Under the pieces are notes generated by a model. The model saw only the letters and a program-made list of their open reading frames with translations. It did no database searches and had not been told where the DNA came from. Both the position numbers and the translations under genes were made by a program. From Pseudomonadota bacterium (lineage in GTDB: Bacteria; Pseudomonadota; Gammaproteobacteria; Xanthomonadales; Rhodanobacteraceae), in NCBI GenBank assembly GCA_021792975.1, contig JAJYTR010000002.1:29703-93702 (forward strand): 64,000 nucleotides of DNA, in the 5' to 3' direction. This document shows positions 40,604 to 52,303 of this stretch, piece after piece (the stretch's first letter is position 1; every line of letters begins with the position of its first letter).

Positions 40604-43600
40604 ATGAAGCCCAGTTCTCCGTCCGGCGCCCTGATCGCGGCGCTGGCGTTCTCCCTTGCAGCCTCTCCCGCGGTCCTGGCGCGGACGGCCGCGGTGCCGC
40701 AGCAGGCACTGATCCGCTACCCCAGCCTGCACGGCGACACCATCGTGTTCGAAGCCGGCGGCGCCATCTGGAAAGTGGGCGTGCAGGGCGGCGAGGCGGT
40801 GCGTCTGACCGCCGATTCCGGGCACGACTCGCACCCGCTGATCTCGCCCGACGGCAAGTGGGTGGCCTTCACCGGCTGGTATCGCGGCAACACGGACGTG
40901 TACGTGGTCCCGATCGGCGGCGGTGCGGTCCGGCAGTTGACCTGGCGTTCGATCAACGTGCCATTCAACGGCAGGATCATGACCGTGCCGGACAATGTGG
41001 TGGTGGGCTGGACACCGGACAGCCGGGACGTGGTGTTCCTGTCGCGGCGCGACAGCTTCAATCCGCAGATCGAGAAAGCCTTCGTGGTGCCGGTCACCGG
41101 CGGCCTGCCCACCGCGCTGCCGATGCCCTGGACGGGCCCGCTCTCGTTCAACGCCGGCGGTACCGAGGTGGCCTACGACAAGCTCGCGCGCGTGCTGCGG
41201 CCGTTCCGCCGCAAGCACTACTACGGCGGGCAGGCGGACAACATCTACACCTACGACCTGGCCAGTGGCGCCAGTACCCAGTTGACGCACTGGAAGGGCG
41301 AGGACGCCTGGCCGATGTGGTACGGCGACACGCTGTACTTCGCGTCCGACCGCGGCGCCAACGGTGTGCTCAACCTGTGGGAGAAGAACCTCAGGACCGG
41401 CGCCACGCGGCAGGTGACCGATTTCCCCACCTATGACATCGACTGGCCCAGCCTGGGCGACACCGGCATCGTGCTCTCCGACGGCGGACGGCTGTACGAC
41501 TACAGCTTCGCCACCGGCAGGCTGACGCAGGTGCCGGTGCGGGTGCCGCTGGGCGGCTCGCGCGCCCTGCCGTACGAGTTCGCGGCGGCGAAGATGATCC
41601 GCAGTGCCGACGTGGCGCCGGACGGCAAGCTGGCGGTGTTCAGCGCGCGCGGTGCGCTGTTCACGGTGCCGGCCGAGTACGGGCACACCGCCGAGATCAG
41701 CCGGCGCGTGGCCAGCAACGACGGCGATCCGTCCTGGTCGCCCGACGGCAAGTGGATCGCTTACGTGCGCGACGACGGCATCGACAGCCAGGTGATGCTG
41801 CGCGCCGCCGACGGCCGCGGCAGGCCGCGCGCGCTGACGCGGGAGGGCGATCTCACCTACGCCGGTCCGCTGGTCTGGAGCCCCGACGGCCGCTGGCTCA
41901 GCTACACCGATTCGCGCCAGCGCCTGTGGGTGGTGGACGTGAAGACCGGCGCCCGCAAGGAGGTGGCCAGCGACCGGCAGCGCGTCATCGGCGCCTTCCA
42001 GGATGCGGCGTTCTCGCCGGACAGCCGCTGGCTGGCGTTCTCCAAGCATCTGCCCAACCACCTGCGTGCACTCTTCATCTACGGCCTCGCCGACGGCGCG
42101 CTGCACCAGGTGAGCCGCGGCGATTTCAACGATTCCGATCCGGTGTTTTCGCGGGACGGCAGGTATCTGTATTTCGTCTCCGCGCGGCTGGTGAATCCGG
42201 TGCTCTCCAGCTACAACTTCAGTGCCTCGGGCGTGGTGCCCGACGGCCTGTACGTGACCACCCTGCGGGCGGACACGCCGTCGCCCTTCGCCCCGCGCAC
42301 GCAGCGGCCCACCGCGGCCGCGCCCAAGGCGCCCGCGCATGGCAAGGGCAAAAAAGCCAAGCCGCACAAGCCCGTGGTGAGGATCGACTTCGCCGGGCTG
42401 ATCCAGCGCGCGGTGCAGGTGCCGGTACCGGCTGCCAACATCGCGCAGGTGGCCGAGGCCAAGGGCATCGTCTACTACGCCACGGTGCCGGTGCCGGTGC
42501 TGGGCGGCGCCATTCCCGGCCAGGTGCCCGAGCTGCGGGCCTACAGCCTCGCCAAGCGCAAGGCGTTGACGCTGGCGCAGGGTATCGGCGGCGGCTTCGC
42601 GCTGTCGGCCGACGGCTCGACGCTGCTGTACAGCCTGCACGGCAAGTGGGTGCTGCGCCCGGCGGTGTTCAACGCGCAGGCCAAGCCCAAGCCGCTCGAC
42701 ACCGCGCACATGCAGATGCGCGTGGTACCGCACGCCGAATGGGCCGAGATCTTCGACCAGGCCTGGCGCAACGTGCGCGACTACTTCGTCAACCCGGAAC
42801 TGATCAAGGCGAAGTGGGCCGCCATCGGCGATCGCTACCGCGCGCTGCTGCCGCTGGTGCAGGACCGCGAGGATCTGAATTACATCATGGCCAACATGAT
42901 CGGCTCGCTGGGCGAGAGCCACATGTACATCTTCGGCGGCGACATGGGCTGGAAGACGCCGCCGCAGCCCACCGCCGGCCTGGGCGCCGAGTTCGCGCTC
43001 GACGCCCGCGCCGGGCGCTACTACCTCAAGCGCATCTTCCACGGCGACAACACCGTGCCGGGCTACTACGCGCCGCTGGCGCAGCCGGGGCTGAAGGTGA
43101 AGCAGGGCGACTACGTGCTGGCCATCGACGGCAAGCCGCTGGCCGCTCCGACCAGTCCCTACGAACTGCTGCAAGGCGCCCTGGGCCAGAGCATCGCGCT
43201 GACCCTGGCCGCCACGCCCGGGGGCAAGCCCTGGACCATCATGGTCAAGCCGGTGGTCAACAGCGGCAAGCTGCACCTGCTGCACTGGATCAACAGCAAC
43301 CGCCGCGAGGTGAGCAGGCTCTCGGGCGGCAAGATCGGCTACGTGTACCTGGACGACATGGAGGCCACCGGCCTGCACGAGTTCGTGCGCCAGTACTACA
43401 GCCAGCTCGACAAGCCCGGCCTGATCATCGACGACCGCTGGAACCTGGGCGGCTTCATCGACACCATCCTGTTCAACCAGCTGACGCAGAAAATGGTGGC
43501 GGCCTGGACCAACCGCCACGGTGCCCACCAGCAGAGCCCGGAGAACGCCTACCTCGGCCATCTGGCGGCGCTGATCAACCACGGTTCGGCCTCGGACGGC

Positions 43601-43984
43601 GACATCTTCGCCTACCGCTTCCAGCAGTACCGCCTGGGCCCCACCATCGGCTCGCGCACCTGGGGCGGCGTGCGCGGCTACGACAACACCTTCCGGTTGC
43701 TCGACGGCGGCATGCAGGTGGTCTCGGAGATCGCCATGTACGGCACCGACTCGCGGTGGAACGTGGAGAACATCGGCGTGGTGCCTTCGATTCCGGTACA
43801 CGTGGATCCGGGCCTGCTGGCGCGCGCGCACCGTGACACCCAGATCGAGAAGGCCGTGGACGTGCTGCTGCAGGAGATCCGGCAGCACCCCGTGCAGGTA
43901 CCCCCGGCGCCGCCGTGGATGCCTGCGTTTCCGCCGCAGCCCGCCTATCCGCCCTGCCCGGTACGCACCGGCACCTGCGGATAA
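40604..43984 (+). CDS. Secreted tricorn-like protease (S41, PD40 propellers + PDZ)
   Basis: Signal peptide, SPDGKW repeats, L.ESH, D.RWNLGG, ASDGD catalytic Ser, G.RTWGG, VEN.GV.P. Confidence 0.9.
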   Translation: MKPSSPSGALIAALAFSLAASPAVLARTAAVPQQALIRYPSLHGDTIVFEAGGAIWKVGVQGGEAVRLTADSGHDSHPLISPDGKWVAFTGWYRGNTDVYVVPIGGGAVRQLTWRSINVPFNGRIMTVPDNVVVGWTPDSRDVVFLSRRDSFNPQIEKAFVVPVTGGLPTALPMPWTGPLSFNAGGTEVAYDKLARVLRPFRRKHYYGGQADNIYTYDLASGASTQLTHWKGEDAWPMWYGDTLYFASDRGANGVLNLWEKNLRTGATRQVTDFPTYDIDWPSLGDTGIVLSDGGRLYDYSFATGRLTQVPVRVPLGGSRALPYEFAAAKMIRSADVAPDGKLAVFSARGALFTVPAEYGHTAEISRRVASNDGDPSWSPDGKWIAYVRDDGIDSQVMLRAADGRGRPRALTREGDLTYAGPLVWSPDGRWLSYTDSRQRLWVVDVKTGARKEVASDRQRVIGAFQDAAFSPDSRWLAFSKHLPNHLRALFIYGLADGALHQVSRGDFNDSDPVFSRDGRYLYFVSARLVNPVLSSYNFSASGVVPDGLYVTTLRADTPSPFAPRTQRPTAAAPKAPAHGKGKKAKPHKPVVRIDFAGLIQRAVQVPVPAANIAQVAEAKGIVYYATVPVPVLGGAIPGQVPELRAYSLAKRKALTLAQGIGGGFALSADGSTLLYSLHGKWVLRPAVFNAQAKPKPLDTAHMQMRVVPHAEWAEIFDQAWRNVRDYFVNPELIKAKWAAIGDRYRALLPLVQDREDLNYIMANMIGSLGESHMYIFGGDMGWKTPPQPTAGLGAEFALDARAGRYYLKRIFHGDNTVPGYYAPLAQPGLKVKQGDYVLAIDGKPLAAPTSPYELLQGALGQSIALTLAATPGGKPWTIMVKPVVNSGKLHLLHWINSNRREVSRLSGGKIGYVYLDDMEATGLHEFVRQYYSQLDKPGLIIDDRWNLGGFIDTILFNQLTQKMVAAWTNRHGAHQQSPENAYLGHLAALINHGSASDGDIFAYRFQQYRLGPTIGSRTWGGVRGYDNTFRLLDGGMQVVSEIAMYGTDSRWNVENIGVVPSIPVHVDPGLLARAHRDTQIEKAVDVLLQEIRQHPVQVPPAPPWMPAFPPQPAYPPCPVRTGTCG

Positions 43985-44126
43985 GCTGGACGCGACCAGC
44001 CGGCGCGGGGCGCCCCTGCCATGCCTGGCGGGGGCTCCGCGGCGGGGCGCGGGTGATGGTGCGCAGCGGCATCACCTACACTGCGCGGATGTGTGCGCCG
44101 CACGCCATCCCGCCCCTGGAGTGAAC

Positions 44127-45002
44127 ATGATCCGCACCGACGCGCGCCTGCGCCTCGTCCGTCCCGCCGTCGCGTTGGCCCTGGCGCTGCTGGCTGCCGG
44201 CGCCCACGCCGCCCCGGCCGCCGCACCCGCGGCGTCCGCGCCGGCACCGCTCCCGCTGGCCCGGGTGCAGGCGCTGATCGACAGCGCCAGCCACGGCCTC
44301 GCGCAGGCGCAGTCGGTGTTCGCCGGCCCTGGCGGCCTCACCGGCGCGGTCGTCACCTACAAGAACGACCCCGGCGCGCCGCCCAGCGTGATCTGGGTCA
44401 ACGACGATGCCAGTGCACTGCTGGTCGGCAAGCTGATCGGACCCAAGGGCGAGGATCTGGACCAGCAGGCCGCGCGGAAGATCGGTTTGCTGCTGTCCCC
44501 GGAAAAAGCCCTGGCCGCCGCCGCACAGCCCGCCACTGGAGCGATCCTCGAAGGCCGCAAGGGCCCGGTGCTGACGATGTTCATCGACCCCAACTGCATC
44601 TACTGCCACCTGCTCTACCAGCAGCTACAGCCGCTGCTGGCGCAAGGCAGGCTGCGCGCACGCTACGTGCTGGTGGCGGTGGTCAAGCAGTCCAGCTTCC
44701 GCAAAGCCGCCGCCATTCTCAGCGCGCGCGATCCGGCGGCGGCGCTGGCATTGGACCAGAAGAACTTCAACGCCCAGACCGAGGAGGGCGGGATCGAGCC
44801 CGATGCCGCACCCGACAAGACCGTGACCGATCGTATCCGCTCGAACAGCATGCTGATGGCCAAGGCGGGCGGCACCGGTACGCCCACGCTGCTCTACTGC
44901 AGCACGCGCGGCGGCGTGCGGATGCTGGGCGGCATGCCGCGCGACATGAACCAGCTTCTGGCCGAAATGGCCAGCGGGCCCGAGCCCGCCTGCGGCGGCT
45001 GA
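44127..45002 (+). CDS. DsbG/DsbC-like periplasmic thiol:disulfide interchange protein
   Basis: Signal peptide, FIDPNCIYCH (CxxC), GTP cis-Pro loop. Confidence 0.85.
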   Translation: MIRTDARLRLVRPAVALALALLAAGAHAAPAAAPAASAPAPLPLARVQALIDSASHGLAQAQSVFAGPGGLTGAVVTYKNDPGAPPSVIWVNDDASALLVGKLIGPKGEDLDQQAARKIGLLLSPEKALAAAAQPATGAILEGRKGPVLTMFIDPNCIYCHLLYQQLQPLLAQGRLRARYVLVAVVKQSSFRKAAAILSARDPAAALALDQKNFNAQTEEGGIEPDAAPDKTVTDRIRSNSMLMAKAGGTGTPTLLYCSTRGGVRMLGGMPRDMNQLLAEMASGPEPACGG

Positions 45003-45015
45003 CGGCGCGGCGACG

Positions 45016-45168
45016 CTAGTGTGCTGTCCCGCAAGTAACTTGATGAAGTCGCCAGCGGATTTTTGCGGCCGGCTAGTCGCGGCGACGGGTCATGGCGGGA
45101 GCCGCAGCGACGCCAGACGCGAAAAGACGCGGCGAATTCGTAAGATTATTTGCGGGACAGCGCACTAG
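45016..45168. mobile_element. MITE-like element with 23-bp terminal inverted repeats and CTAG ends
   Basis: Left CTAGTGTGCTGTCCCGCAAGTAA; reverse complement of right end CTAGTGCGCTGTCCCGCAAATAA (2 mismatches); no coding capacity. Confidence 0.75.
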
Positions 45169-46097
45169 AGCGTCACCAGCAGCGCCAGCACCAGCAGGAT
45201 CAGCGTGTACTTCACCGCACGGAACGCGCGCGGCCGCGCGCGCTTCCATTGTCCCAGCCGCTGGTTGCAGCGGTTCAGCCGCGCGTACAGGCGGTTGATG
45301 GCGCCTACCGGCTCGCCCGGCACGTTCTCGGTGGCGGTGGCCTGGCCCATGAAACGGCTGACCGCGCGGTTGACCGCGCGCATCACGGGCGTATACAGCG
45401 GCCGCTCGACATCGCAGAACAGGATCACGCGCGCCTGGCCGCTGCGGTTCTCGGCCCAGTGCACGTAGGTTTCGTCGAACATGAAATCCTCGCCGTCGCG
45501 CCATACCAGTTCTTCGCCGTCGACCAGGATGCGGCAGTCCCGCGAATTGGGCGTGACCAGTCCCAGGTGGTAGCGCAGCGAGCCGGCGAAGGGATCGCGA
45601 TGACGGTTGAGCCGGCCGCCCGGCGGCAGCAGCGCGAACATGGCCGCTTTCACCGAGGGAATGGCATCGACCAGCGCCACGGTGTGCGGGCACTGTGCCT
45701 GCGCCGAGGGCAGGGCATTGCCGTACCACTTCAGGTAATAGCGCTTCCAGCCCTGGCGGAAGAACGAATCGAAGCTGGCGTCGTTGCGGGCCGCGGCCTG
45801 GCGGATGGCACCCGCTTCGGCCAGTGCCAGCGCCTCGGCCCGGATGGTCTGCCAGTGCGCGCGCAGCCGGTCCAGTTCGGGAAAGCGGGTGCGGTCCACC
45901 ACCGGCCGGGAGGGCACCCTGCTGAACGCGTACATCAGCAGGTTGTAGGGCGCGAACAGCGCCGAATGGTCCACCAGTTGGCGATCGAAGCGCAGGCGCT
46001 CGCGGCCGCGCAGATGCACCAGCAGCACCGCGCCGACGTAGGCGTACAGCAGCAGGAACCTGAGCGCGAAGGGGTCGAAGGTCATGGCGGCGGTCAT
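45165..46097 (-). CDS. lpxO: Lipid A hydroxylase LpxO (Asp/Asn beta-hydroxylase family)
   Basis: HLRGRERL...RQL.DHS..FAPYN, GWKRYYLKWY, HRDPFAGSLRYHLGL, FDETYVH. Confidence 0.88.
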   Translation of the reverse strand: MTAAMTFDPFALRFLLLYAYVGAVLLVHLRGRERLRFDRQLVDHSALFAPYNLLMYAFSRVPSRPVVDRTRFPELDRLRAHWQTIRAEALALAEAGAIRQAAARNDASFDSFFRQGWKRYYLKWYGNALPSAQAQCPHTVALVDAIPSVKAAMFALLPPGGRLNRHRDPFAGSLRYHLGLVTPNSRDCRILVDGEELVWRDGEDFMFDETYVHWAENRSGQARVILFCDVERPLYTPVMRAVNRAVSRFMGQATATENVPGEPVGAINRLYARLNRCNQRLGQWKRARPRAFRAVKYTLILLVLALLVTL

Positions 46098-46777
46098 AGC
46101 ATGGCGTGCGGGATGGCGCCGCCGCGCAGGCCGCCGGATGCCGAGGGCGGCAGGTTGTCCGGTGCGGCGGCCCCGCCGGAGATGATGAAGGCCATGGCCT
46201 GGTCCACCGTCCAGTCGGTGGGGGTGACGTGGTCCAGCGGGACGATCTCGAGATAGCCCCCGGTGGGGTTGGGCGTGGTGGGCACGAACACCGCCACCAT
46301 TTCGCGCCCGGTCTCCCGCTCGCGCAGCGTGCTGGTGACGAACCCGATCGCGCGCATGCCCGGCTGCGGAAACTCCACCAGCACCACGCGCTGCGTGCCG
46401 GCGGGTTTCTTCTGCATGATCGCCGTGAGCTTCTTGGTGCCGTCGTAGATGGTGCGCACCATGGGGATGCGCTCCATCAGCGCATCGAAGCGGTTGAGGA
46501 TCTGCCGGCCCAGCACGCGGTTGGCCAGCCAGCCCACCAGGTACAGCAGCAGCAGCGTCGCCACCAGCGCCAGGATGCTGTTGACCCAGCCCTGCTCGAG
46601 GCGCGCCGCCCAGCCGGGCGCCACGCCGTGCAGCGCGCGCAGTGCGCCCTCGACCACCGGCGCGCCGATGCCCGCCAGCAGGCGCAGCACGAAGCCGAAC
46701 ACCGTCACCGTCACCCACAGCGGGATGATCGTCAGCAGGCCGGTGATGAGGTAGCGCTGGAGATGCAGGGGGCGCAT
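46094..46777 (-). CDS. DUF502 family membrane protein
   Basis: YLITGLL..IPLWVT, RIP.VRTIY, VLVEFP, VFVPTTPNPTGG. Confidence 0.9.
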   Translation of the reverse strand: MRPLHLQRYLITGLLTIIPLWVTVTVFGFVLRLLAGIGAPVVEGALRALHGVAPGWAARLEQGWVNSILALVATLLLLYLVGWLANRVLGRQILNRFDALMERIPMVRTIYDGTKKLTAIMQKKPAGTQRVVLVEFPQPGMRAIGFVTSTLRERETGREMVAVFVPTTPNPTGGYLEIVPLDHVTPTDWTVDQAMAFIISGGAAAPDNLPPSASGGLRGGAIPHAML

Positions 46778-46815
46778 GCGGGCGGGATCGGGTGGCCCGG
46801 CATTCTAGCCCCGCC

Positions 46816-47295
46816 TCAGCGTGCCGTTTTCAGTGCGCGCAGCCGCTGCTCGAAGAAGCGGTAGACGCCGGTATCGCTCATGGTGCGCGCATTGGCCAGT
46901 TCGCCCGCCTGCGTGGCATACAGCAGCCTGCCGTCGGGCGCGACGATCACCGCCGCCGGGATGCCGGTACGGATGGGGTCGTCGTAGTGCGCGGTGATGT
47001 CCAGGTTGCGGTCGAAGTTGCCCACGTCCACCTTAACCACGTTGAAGTGCTGCCGGATCAGCGCGGCGTTCCTGCCGGTCGACAGCGCCGTGGCCAGCGC
47101 GCGGCAGTCCGGGCACCAGTTGGCGCCGAAGAAAATCAGCACCGGCTTGTGGTCGTGCCGTGCCTCGGCAAAAGCGGCGCGCAGATCGGCTCTGGCGTCG
47201 GCTGCGGCATCGTATGGTCTTGCCGGTGCGCCGGCGAGGACGTGGCCGCCGGCCAGCGCGAACAGCGCCAGCAGCATCAGGGCGAGGCGTTTCAT
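46816..47295 (-). CDS. Exported thioredoxin-like protein
   Basis: Signal peptide MKRLALMLL; FGANWCPDC; GIP. Confidence 0.85.
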   Translation of the reverse strand: MKRLALMLLALFALAGGHVLAGAPARPYDAAADARADLRAAFAEARHDHKPVLIFFGANWCPDCRALATALSTGRNAALIRQHFNVVKVDVGNFDRNLDITAHYDDPIRTGIPAAVIVAPDGRLLYATQAGELANARTMSDTGVYRFFEQRLRALKTAR

Positions 47296-47332
47296 CGTTC
47301 GGGACTCCGGAGCGGCTGCATACGGCGACATG

Positions 47333-48433
47333 CTAGCGCAGCGCCCGCGGGCTCTGCGCACGGGGCGCACGCGGCAGTGCCAGCACCGTGATCTCCTCGC
47401 GGTCGTGGTAGAGCTGGCGCGCGCGCAGGGTGATGCCGGGCACCGAACGCCGCAGCAGTTCCAGGCACAGCGTTACCTCCTCGCGGCGCTTTTTCATCGG
47501 CAGCTTGAGGTTGAACAGCGCGCGCCGGCAGCGGCCCGCGGCCAGCCACCCGGCCACCAGCGCCGCGACCCGGCGCGGCTGCTCGACCATGTCGCAGACC
47601 AGCCAGTCCACCGGTCTCGCCGGGCGGTAGCGGAAGCCGTCGGCGCGCAGGTGTTTGACCAGGCCGGAGTCCAGCAGCGCCGGCTGCATCGGGCCGTTGT
47701 CCACGGCGGTGACGCGAATCGAGTGGCGCACCAGCTGCCAGGTCCAGCCGCCCGGCGCCGCGCCCAGGTCCACGGCGGACAGGCCGGGCCCGAGCCAGCG
47801 CGCGCGTTCGCCTTCGTCCATCAGCACCAGGAACGCTTCCTCCAGTTTCAGCGTGGAGCGGCTGGGTGCGGAGGACGGAAAGCGCAGGCGCGGAATGCCG
47901 CCGGGCCAGGGCGATGACGAGGCCGGTGCGGCGGCACACAGCCACGCGGCATCGCCGGCGGTCAGCAGCACATGCAGGATCGCGGTGGCGCCGGTATCGA
48001 GCACGCCCGCGCGGTCCAGCGCCGTGCGCAACGGCCTGTCCAGCGTGCGCGCCAGGCCCGCCAGCCTGCGTCCGGCGGGACTGTCGGCGGATTCCAGGCG
48101 CAGGTCCGCGAACCGCAGCGGCAGCGCGCGCAGCGCTTCCACCAGCGGGGTGACGCGATCGCGCGTCGGCAGTTCCTGCACGCGGCCATGCAGATCCCAG
48201 ACCGTGCGCGCAAAGACCAGCCCGGACCAGCCGGTGGCGTTGTGCAGGGCGCGGCGGTCCCCGGCGTCGTGCAGTTCGAATCCGGCCAGGCCGCTGCCGG
48301 GCTCGGCGCGGGCGAAGCCGGCGACGCCCGCCGCGCCGGCACACGCCGCCAGCTCGCCGGCGGCCTCGCGCTCGAAACCGGCACGGCACAACACCACGCG
48401 ACCGGCAACGGGCATGGGGGCTGTGGGGCTCAT
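47333..48433 (-). CDS. rlmM: 23S rRNA C2498 2'-O-methyltransferase
   Basis: CRAGFE, APSRSTLKLEEA, VDLGAAPGGWT, VCDMVEQP, FNLKLPMKKR, QLYHDREE. Confidence 0.93.
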   Translation of the reverse strand: MSPTAPMPVAGRVVLCRAGFEREAAGELAACAGAAGVAGFARAEPGSGLAGFELHDAGDRRALHNATGWSGLVFARTVWDLHGRVQELPTRDRVTPLVEALRALPLRFADLRLESADSPAGRRLAGLARTLDRPLRTALDRAGVLDTGATAILHVLLTAGDAAWLCAAAPASSSPWPGGIPRLRFPSSAPSRSTLKLEEAFLVLMDEGERARWLGPGLSAVDLGAAPGGWTWQLVRHSIRVTAVDNGPMQPALLDSGLVKHLRADGFRYRPARPVDWLVCDMVEQPRRVAALVAGWLAAGRCRRALFNLKLPMKKRREEVTLCLELLRRSVPGITLRARQLYHDREEITVLALPRAPRAQSPRALR

Positions 48434-48446
48434 CCCGGTACCGCGG

Positions 48447-49007
48447 TCAATAGGTGACGCCGCCGCGCGCGGTGTAGGCGGCCAGCACTGCGCAGGCATC
48501 CTCGCGCTGCAGGTCGCGCTTGACGGCGATGCCGCGGCGTTCGAGTTCGCCGATCCAGTCGGGCGGCAGCGGCCCTTCGTCGAAGGCGGTCAGGCGCATC
48601 ACGTCCTCGCTGCGCGCGCCGATCAGCAATTCGTCGATGCCCGCCCAGATCGTCGCTCCGTAGCACTGGCAGCAGGGCTGCGCGCTGCTGGCCAGGGTCA
48701 CGCGCAGCCCGTCGCCGTTGAGCCGATAACGCGCCAGCCGTGTCTGCGCGGTCATCAATGCCATCATCTCGGCGTGCGCCGCCGAGCAGGTCATGGCCTC
48801 GACCCGGTTCACCCCGACGCCCAGCAGCCGTCCGTCGGCGGCGAACAGCGCCGCGCCGAAGGGCCCGCCAGTGCCGCGTTCGACATTCAGCCGCGACAGT
48901 TCGATGGCCAGCCGCATGCGTGCGGCATCGTCCGGATAACGATGCTGCTCCGGGCCCAGTTGCAGCAGCCAGGGCGGCAGGGTGAGGTGGACCTGGCCGT
49001 ACAGCAT
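48447..49007 (-). CDS. Nucleoside deaminase (CDA superfamily)
   Basis: GGPFGA, AHAE and QPC.QC zinc motifs. Confidence 0.88.
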   Translation of the reverse strand: MLYGQVHLTLPPWLLQLGPEQHRYPDDAARMRLAIELSRLNVERGTGGPFGAALFAADGRLLGVGVNRVEAMTCSAAHAEMMALMTAQTRLARYRLNGDGLRVTLASSAQPCCQCYGATIWAGIDELLIGARSEDVMRLTAFDEGPLPPDWIGELERRGIAVKRDLQREDACAVLAAYTARGGVTY

Positions 49008-49137
49008 CAGCGCGGCCCGGGCGCCGCCGGGGTGTCCGGCCGCGGCGCGCGCGGAGGGTACGGCATCGTCGGCTGGATTCTCATGGCATCCGCTGCGGCA
49101 CCGGCGCGCCGATTGTGGCAGAAGGGTGTGGCACGGC

Positions 49138-50868
<1,731 letters not shown>

Positions 50869-50955
50869 GGCGGAACGATACGGACAAAGGCACGCAGTTT
50901 AGCCCGCTGCAGCAGGCGATGGACGGGCGTACGCTTGCCGCACGGAGGGTGCGCC

Positions 50956-51228
50956 ATGCAGACCGCCTATCGTGCCGAGTCGATCATTGATGCCCAGATC
51001 GTCAAGGACGCCCTGGAGGATGCCGGCATCCCCGCATTCGTCGCCGGCGCCGCGCTGGTCGGCGGCATCGGCCAGTTGCCGGCGCGCGATTTCATCCGGG
51101 TGCTAGTGCCGGACCCGGCGCTGGTAGAGGCGCGGCGTATTGTCACCACGCTGTTTCCGGAAACGGCATCCGCGTCCGGCCGCGACCAGGCGCCGGTCGC
51201 GGCCGTGCGCGGATTGAAGCCGGCCTGA
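50956..51228 (+). CDS. DUF2007 family protein
   Basis: AY.A...IDAQIVKDALEDAGIPAFV.G..L.GG.G.LP; GGAGG RBS. Confidence 0.8.
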   Translation: MQTAYRAESIIDAQIVKDALEDAGIPAFVAGAALVGGIGQLPARDFIRVLVPDPALVEARRIVTTLFPETASASGRDQAPVAAVRGLKPA

Positions 51229-51308
51229 GCCGCTGAAGCGGCGCGAAACGTCCGGCATGCCCGCGCTTGCGCCCGCGCGCGCAACTGCCTACCGTCATAA
51301 TACCTTTA

Positions 51309-51325
51309 ATACTCTTATAGAGCAT
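51309..51325. promoter_or_regulatory. NadQ-type operator
   Basis: ATACTC-N5-GAGCAT (ATRCTC-N5-GAGYAT) directly abutting the nadA ATG. Confidence 0.7.
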
Positions 51326-52303
51326 ATGTCAGCACTCGCCGCCGATGTGCAGCAGGAACGGCTTGCCGCCGCCGTCCCCGAACTGGAGCGCCTGGCCGCG
51401 CGGCCCTTGCTGGAGGAGATCGCCGCGCTGAAGCGCCAGCGCAACGCAGTGGTGCTGGCGCACAACTACCAGGCGCCACTGATCTACCACGGCGTGGCCG
51501 ATTTCACCGGCGACTCGCTGGCGCTGGCGCAGCAGGCCGCGCGCAGCGAGGCCGGGGTGATCGTGATGGCCGGCGTGGCGTTCATGGCCGAGACCGCCAA
51601 GCTGCTCAACCCGCAGCGCACCGTGCTGCTGCCCGCGCTGGAGGCGGGCTGTTCGCTGGCTGCCTCGATCACCGCCGCCGACGTGCGCGCACTGCGGCGC
51701 CGCCATCCGGGTACCCCGGTGGTGAGCTACGTCAACACCAGCGCCGGGGTGAAGGCGGAGAGCGACATCTGCTGCACCTCGGCCAACGCGCTGCGCATCG
51801 TCGAGTCGCTGGGCGCGCCCAGGGTCATCTTCCTGCCGGACCGTTATCTGGGCCATCACGTGCAGCAGCAGACCGGCATCGAACTGGTGCTGTGGGACGG
51901 CGCCTGCGAGGTGCACCAGCGCTTCAGCGGCGCACAGCTGCGCGGCCTGCGCAGCGGCCATCCGGGGCTGCACATCATCGCCCATCCGGAGTGTCCCCCC
52001 GACGTGCTGGCCGAAGCCGATTTCGTCGGTTCGACACAGGGCATGGTCGACCATCTGGCGCGCGCGCGGCCGGCGCAGGTGGCGCTGATCACCGAGTGTT
52101 CGATGAGCGACAACGTCGCCGCCGAGTTCCCGGATATCCGCTTCACGCGTCCGTGCAATCTGTGCCCACACATGCGCCGCATCACCCTCGAGAACATCCG
52201 CGACGCGCTGCGCGACATACGGCACGAGATCGTGTTGCCACAGGCGGTGATGGCGCCGGCGCGGCAGGCGCTCGAGCGCATGCTGGCGGTCGGCCGCGGA
52301 TGA
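51326..52303 (+). CDS. nadA: Quinolinate synthase
   Basis: LAHNYQ, FMAETAK, AGCSLA, YVNTSA, CEVH, AHPEC, CPHM. Confidence 0.96.
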   Translation: MSALAADVQQERLAAAVPELERLAARPLLEEIAALKRQRNAVVLAHNYQAPLIYHGVADFTGDSLALAQQAARSEAGVIVMAGVAFMAETAKLLNPQRTVLLPALEAGCSLAASITAADVRALRRRHPGTPVVSYVNTSAGVKAESDICCTSANALRIVESLGAPRVIFLPDRYLGHHVQQQTGIELVLWDGACEVHQRFSGAQLRGLRSGHPGLHIIAHPECPPDVLAEADFVGSTQGMVDHLARARPAQVALITECSMSDNVAAEFPDIRFTRPCNLCPHMRRITLENIRDALRDIRHEIVLPQAVMAPARQALERMLAVGRG

